Assembly (NCBI GenBank): GCA_004431415.1
Contig: QPMI01000557.1
Span: 1 to 64,000, forward strand
DNA length: 64,000 nucleotides
Source of the DNA: Cyanophora paradoxa CCMP329
Lineage: Eukaryota; Plantae; Glaucophyta
Direction: 5' to 3'
A program made the position numbers and the translations under genes. The notes below the pieces were generated by a model that ran no database searches, was not told where the DNA came from, and saw only the letters and a list, made by a program, of their open reading frames with translations. How positions within the stretch are numbered: the stretch's first letter is position 1; each line of letters starts with the position of its first letter. Below, piece after piece: positions 59,001 to 64,000 of this stretch.

Positions 59001-62000
59001 TGCTCCGCGCCCAGGGGCTATCTCTGCGTGACTCCCTCTTGGCTATCCATGCACGTTTTGGCTCTTTTAAACCTCTCTCTGGTCAGCATTTATCTATGGA
59101 GAAATCTCTTGCAATCGTCCTCAGGGAACCTGCTCCCTCATCTTTGGATCTTGATCCTGCTGATCCCCTGCCTTTCCCTGTTCTTCGCGCCTCTGAGCTC
59201 GACCCCGCCTGCCATAAGCAGCTGGGTTTCCCGCATCAGCTCCTTCTTGATCGTGAGCATCATCAATCATGGAACATGATTCAGTATAAAGCGACCTTCT
59301 TTACGGAGACAGCTGTTGATTTCCAGTCCTCCCTTCTTGGACGGGGTCGCATAGCCTATGCCTTCTGTCAGGGCGTATTGAGCTTCTATATTCGGGCAGT
59401 TCCAGCACCCCCTCTTATTCTCCGGGCTATCTCAAAATCCCTACAGACCTTCGTCTGGAAGCGTTCTTCGAATTCTGATGCGTTCATCTTACCCCATCAG
59501 GGCATGACCACTGCTTCGTGTCGGCCTGTATCTCTCGGTGGTCTCGGAGCACCCTCCCCTGAACACTTCCAGCTGGCCTTTGCCGCAAACTCTTTGGAAT
59601 CGTGGCTTGCTTCCCCGGCAGCTCTTCCTGGTCGAGAAATTATTGAGGCTTTCACGGAGAATGGTGGTTTCGGGCTCTGGCTTCCTTTTCTCAACAGGAC
59701 TGATCGCCTGGTGAAACCACTGTGGCCTCCGCCTGCTGACCCGTTCTTTGCCATCTTCGAAGCTTGGCGGACTATTTTCGATGTCAAGAAGCCCTGCTGC
59801 GCTTGGGATTTCCTGCGTATGCCGATCATGCACCCCTGGTATAAGAAAGACACGTACTATGAGCGTGACTTCACATTTTCGCTGCTTTTCCGTCTCGGCT
59901 TCCGTTTCAACTATCAAATTTGGGATTTCTCTGGAGAACATACCTCTATGTCGAGCCCTCCTATCCCGAGCAACTGCGCGACCAGCTGCATGCGCTCAAT
60001 AATCGACTTGCGCAAGAGGTTTGGCGTTGTGGTAAAACTGCAGACTGGAAACACGAACCTGGAGGTCTCGCTATCGGCCCTTTCTCGAAACTTGCTGCTG
60101 AGCGCGTCTCGCTCCAGGGAGTAGCTCTCTGTCGCGTTCGCCTTCTTCCTGACACACAGCTCGCTTTCCATGAGATTGACGTGCCCTGCAATGTTTCGAT
60201 TGACAGTCCCGTTGCCCTCCCCGATGTGCTTGCGATCCGGCCCGCGGCCCGTGCGATCGACTTCATTCCCGTGCCTGCGCATGCGCTTAGCCTTGTTAAG
60301 AACGCTTGCAAGTTGTCCTCCATGCCCGCACTCGTCCGGTTCCTCATGAAGTCGTTGCAGCTTTCCGACCTTGCACTCCGTCCGCTGCCACCGTCGTCTT
60401 CCCGTACGTTTGCGTTCTACTCTGACCGCGAGAACATCAGCGATCGCTCAAAGGAAGAGCTGCGCCTCTCTAAGTCGGTTGCGTACAAGCTGCCTGCTGC
60501 CCCGTCGCGTTTCACGGTTCACGACGTGTACAAGTACCTCTCCTCCCACGCTTTCATGGCGCCGACGACCGCTGAGACTAAGTGGCGTGCTGATCTCTCT
60601 CCTAAGTTCCTCTGGCCGCCAGGCTACGATGCTCGCACCGATCGCTTCCCCTGGTTCAATACGGTTATCCCCGACCTGCGCTACGCTCTCACGCAGCGCG
60701 TCCTTGACGGCTACTTTGCTCTGCGCTACAACACCCTCCGCACATCGTCCCGCATGGCTGCTATGGCTGCGCGTGATCTTCAGCGTCCCGCTTCGGCGAA
60801 TTTGCTTGACAGTGAGCTTCTCTCTTCGCTATGTCCGGTCTGCCACCGGTACTGCAACGCACTGCACGTCTTTGCTCTTTGCCCCGTAGTGCAGCAGTTT
60901 TGGTCGCTTATCTTCCATGCCTGCAGCTCCAGCCGATGCCCATTCCTTCTGCACGATTCGTTGCCTGGCTGCTCACTGGCTCGGTCCGTTTCTCTGATAC
61001 TTGGATGTTTTTGCAGAACTGGGAGTGGCAGGTTGTTCGGATTCTTGGTCTGCACGTCATTTTCCGCTCGTATTCTCTGGCCTATCGTACAGGTCGCTCT
61101 GAAGCTGCTGCTACGTTTGCGATGGACCCTGACATACAGCTGCCCCTTACGCCTTCCTCCAAAACCGGTTTGAAGACGGCCACTCTGATGTCTGCCCTGT
61201 TTCGCGAGCTCGACGATTTTATGGACATGCTTCCTCGCCGTTTACCTCGTTTCAAAGCTACTTACGTCCGTGGGGACTTCCGTTTCATCTCTACAGCTGA
61301 CCCATCTCACTCTTCGTTTTGTTCTAACCTCTTGGACGCGGCTCGTGCTTATGACCATACCCTAGCCTCTTTTGAGCACTGCGAGCATATCACTCAGCCT
61401 GCCCCTAGCCCCGATTTAGCTCCTAGCTCCCTTGTTGCTCAGTTTGCCTATGCCAGTGCACGGCCTGTTCTATTGCAGCGGCTCGAAAAAGAGGATCTTG
61501 AAGGCTATGAATCCTCCCCTGACACTGGATCAGACTCCTCAGAGCTTTCCGACCTGGGCCCTGATGAACCTGATGATTCTTCTACAAGCTCCTCTTCGGA
61601 TGACGACGACCCTCCTGAGGCACCGGACCCTGCTCCTGCTCCTGACCCTCTACTTCCTCCGTCTCCTTCGCCCTCTCACACTCCCCCTCACCCCCCGCCG
61701 GACTTTGACACTGAGGACGAGCCGCCTCTTCGCCGTCGCCGTGTCGATGCTTTGGACCCTCCTGCGCCAGCTCCTGGCGTTCTCGATGATGATGCTGATG
61801 ATCCCAGCTCGCCTCCGCTCTCTCCTCAAGTTATTATTGACCTCCTTGATCCCGAACTTGAAGCTTTATTTCTTTCTTCCCCTGAAATTGCTGCTGATAT
61901 TACTGCGGATGCTCCCAATGTTGGGGGCCATTCGTCGTCTCTTCCTTCTTCCTCTGTTCCTATGGACACTGATCCTGTCTTGGCTCCTGATTTCAACCTG

Positions 62001-62495
62001 AAGCGCCGTCGACCCTCTACCCCTGCTCCTCCTTGCCTCTCGGATGCCTATGGTTACCCAGACGGTACTATTGACCCATCTTTTCTTCCTTCCGTTAAAC
62101 GTTTGCATCTTTCCTCTCCTGCTGACCTTTCAGTTCTCAGTGATGATTCGGGTTCTCCTGTGGTGCTCATTGACTATGATGCTGAAGCTGATGCCATGGA
62201 CCTTCAATTTCTCTCCTCGACTGGGGTTTAAAGCTCTAAACAGGATCGGGAATACCCCAGGCCGGCATTAGGAAGAGGCCCGCATTGGGATTTCGCCGAT
62301 TGTTTTCCAGGTTTGCGTGTATGAGCGCCGGACCGCCGGGGCATACATGGTGAACTGTATAGGCGCCCGTCTGCGCCGCCACTACCCTTGTCTGGTTGGT
62401 TCACTGTCGATTGTGCTTCGGGCCTTCGGGTCCTTCGCCTTTCGTCAAAACCGCACAACCGGCTTGGGCGTGTCTTATACATACTCTTCTTCTTC
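56038..62495 (+). mobile_element. Non-LTR retrotransposon (L1/Tx1-like LINE), apparently full length, with (TTC)n tail
   Basis: 12-bp TSD TGGAAACGTACC at 56026-56037 and 62496-62507; 3' end ...CTCTTCTTCTTC; APE-RT ORF. Confidence 0.95.
56598..62231 (+). CDS. LINE polyprotein: AP endonuclease, reverse transcriptase, CCHC knuckle and acidic/Pro-rich tail (3 frameshifts near 58520, 59930, 61165)
   Basis: SLNVGGL, LCLQET, VYAP, IGDWN, SRLD, DHR; APGPDG, YRPI, QFGF..GR, DLKSAYD, GTIQG.P.SP, QFADD, GGLG; CPVC...HVFALCP. Confidence 0.93.
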
Positions 62496-62507
62496 TGGAA
62501 ACGTACC

Positions 62508-64000
62508 GAAACTCCCATTCAATGGCAAAGCCCTGACCATGAATAAGATCTACTGTCCGATTTCACCAGAAGACAACTGTGTGCTTGAGTGTTTTGAATA
62601 TGTGAAGCTAAACCCTGGAAGAATAAGCCTTGATCGAATTTACAAGCAACTTCAGAGACTGGACTACGGAGGGATTAGAACACAGCTAGGACTGCGGCGA
62701 GGAATGATATCAGTTGATGTGCCAACGATTAATAAGCTGAGCGCTTTTTACAGAGTAGACACGAGTGTTTTTGAGTTTTCGCAAGGAAAATTTAAGCCGC
62801 TTTTTGCAACCGATCTAGGATTTGAAAAGCGTGCTCACCTTTGTATTGTCGAGGCGCACTGCTACCTGATTAAGGATAAAAGAACAACTGAAATGGAGAA
62901 GTGCAGTGCCTGCGGGAAAATGCAGTTCGAACTGGAAAGACACAAGCTAACCTGTCAGTTTTGTGCTAGATGTCGTTGCGCCTACAATCCAATTGAAGAT
63001 CACACAAACAAATGCGTTGCCGCCATCAGAAACAAAGGTGTTATTGGAAGAAAGATTACCCCTTGCGAAAAGGAGAGTGAATTTACAGCGATGGATAGCG
63101 TGATAGGGGCAGACTTTGAAACATTTCCTTGTGATGGCAAGACCCACGTTCCATATGCAGTTGACACAGACATAATTTCCAAGGGCGAAATTGTAGGAAC
63201 CAAGATGTTTTACGGTCCTGAAACATTAAATGAATTCATGCTATGGCTGGATGGATGGACAGAGAAGACCACAGTAGTATTTTACAACGGTGCGGGGTTT
63301 GATCTGATATTCATATACCGATGGCTGATTGAGAATAGGCCAGACAGCCAGGTGAACGTCATGCGTTCCTCGGGAAAGATTAAGAGCATGAAATGGAAGA
63401 CGACAGCAGGAGGAGAGTTGACGAGTTTTGACCCATGCCTACATATTCAAGGTTCACTAAAACAGGCTGGAAAGGACTACGGCTGCACGACAATCAAAGG
63501 AGACTTTGACCATCGCAAGATCAAGACGTGGGCAGACGTTGAGACATACAAGGAGGAATGGGGAGAATATCTAAGAGCCGATGTGCGATCAATGACGGAG
63601 TTATACATGAAATATTCGAGTACGAGCTTTGAGCTATTCGGAATAAATGTGAATTCCAAACAAACACTTACAGCCTCATCAATGGCGTTTCAGATTTACC
63701 GGCAGCTGATGAAGACAGAGCTGCAACTTCCAAAATACAGCGAAGATCAGATTTTTCGCAGAGCAATTTACGGAGGTCGCTGTTTACCATTCAAACGCAA
63801 GTTTGTCTCGAAGGGACCAGATGATTACTTGGTAGATCTGGATGTGGTCTCTCTATATCCGACCGCGATGTACTTTAACCAGTTTCCTACAGGTAAATTT
63901 AAGCTAATCAATGAACCGGAGGCTTTGGAGCGTTTTAGAAAGTTTATGCTTAGCAGAAAAATGGAGCAACTGTTCATTGCGAGCATCAGTGCGAAAATTC
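62508..64000 (+). CDS. Protein-primed DNA polymerase B, 3' part (OTU-like domain, Zn finger, 3'-5' exonuclease, start of polymerase); runs off window and is absent from the ORF track
   Basis: Uninterrupted frame with GADFET (ExoI, ~63109), FYNGAGFD (ExoII, ~63280), YLRADV (ExoIII), RAIYGGRC and DLDVVSLYPTAM (motif A, ~63835-63870). Confidence 0.95.

Larger units (their letters stand above)
53900..64000 (+). mobile_element. Polinton/Maverick or Polinton-like virus, left arm (left boundary uncertain, ~53.9-54.5 kb)
   Basis: Abrupt drop in GC, a tandem-repeat-rich leader and an intron-less protein-primed PolB gene. Confidence 0.8.

Overview
Eukaryotic nuclear DNA from a very GC-rich flagellated protist. 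It has many short C- or G-rich spliceosomal introns, often GC-AG, and centriole/flagellar genes. The window has three parts. (1) 1 to about 11.45 kb is the right arm of a compact, largely intron-less endogenous virus-like element. It encodes phage-type fibre proteins (tail-repeat/H-lectin, S74 chaperone, FN3 plus Gly-rich), two paralogous beta-rich ORFans and an HNH nuclease-like gene. It also carries three (GGGACTT)n telomere-like modules and a possible CTCTCT terminus. (2) About 11.5-52.1 kb holds host genes: CEP120, PP2C, ORC2, a WD40 protein, CCDC42/CFAP73, mL40, eIF2B-epsilon, a TOM1-like protein, a C2HC zinc-finger protein, a metacaspase and DDX49. ORC2 appears fused to an N-terminal ASH2L/Polycomb-like winged helix and nine C2HC zinc fingers, parts of which are shared almost identically with a separate gene 20 kb away. 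(3) About 53.2-64 kb has three tandem-repeat arrays, then a Polinton/PLV-type protein-primed DNA polymerase gene. That gene is split by a 6.46 kb single-ORF L1/Tx1-like LINE with a perfect 12-bp TSD. The insertion appears to fall at the terminal protein/OTU-polymerase junction. Many single-base frameshifts look like assembly indels. Gene boundaries and family assignments were made by eye from motifs, with no database search.
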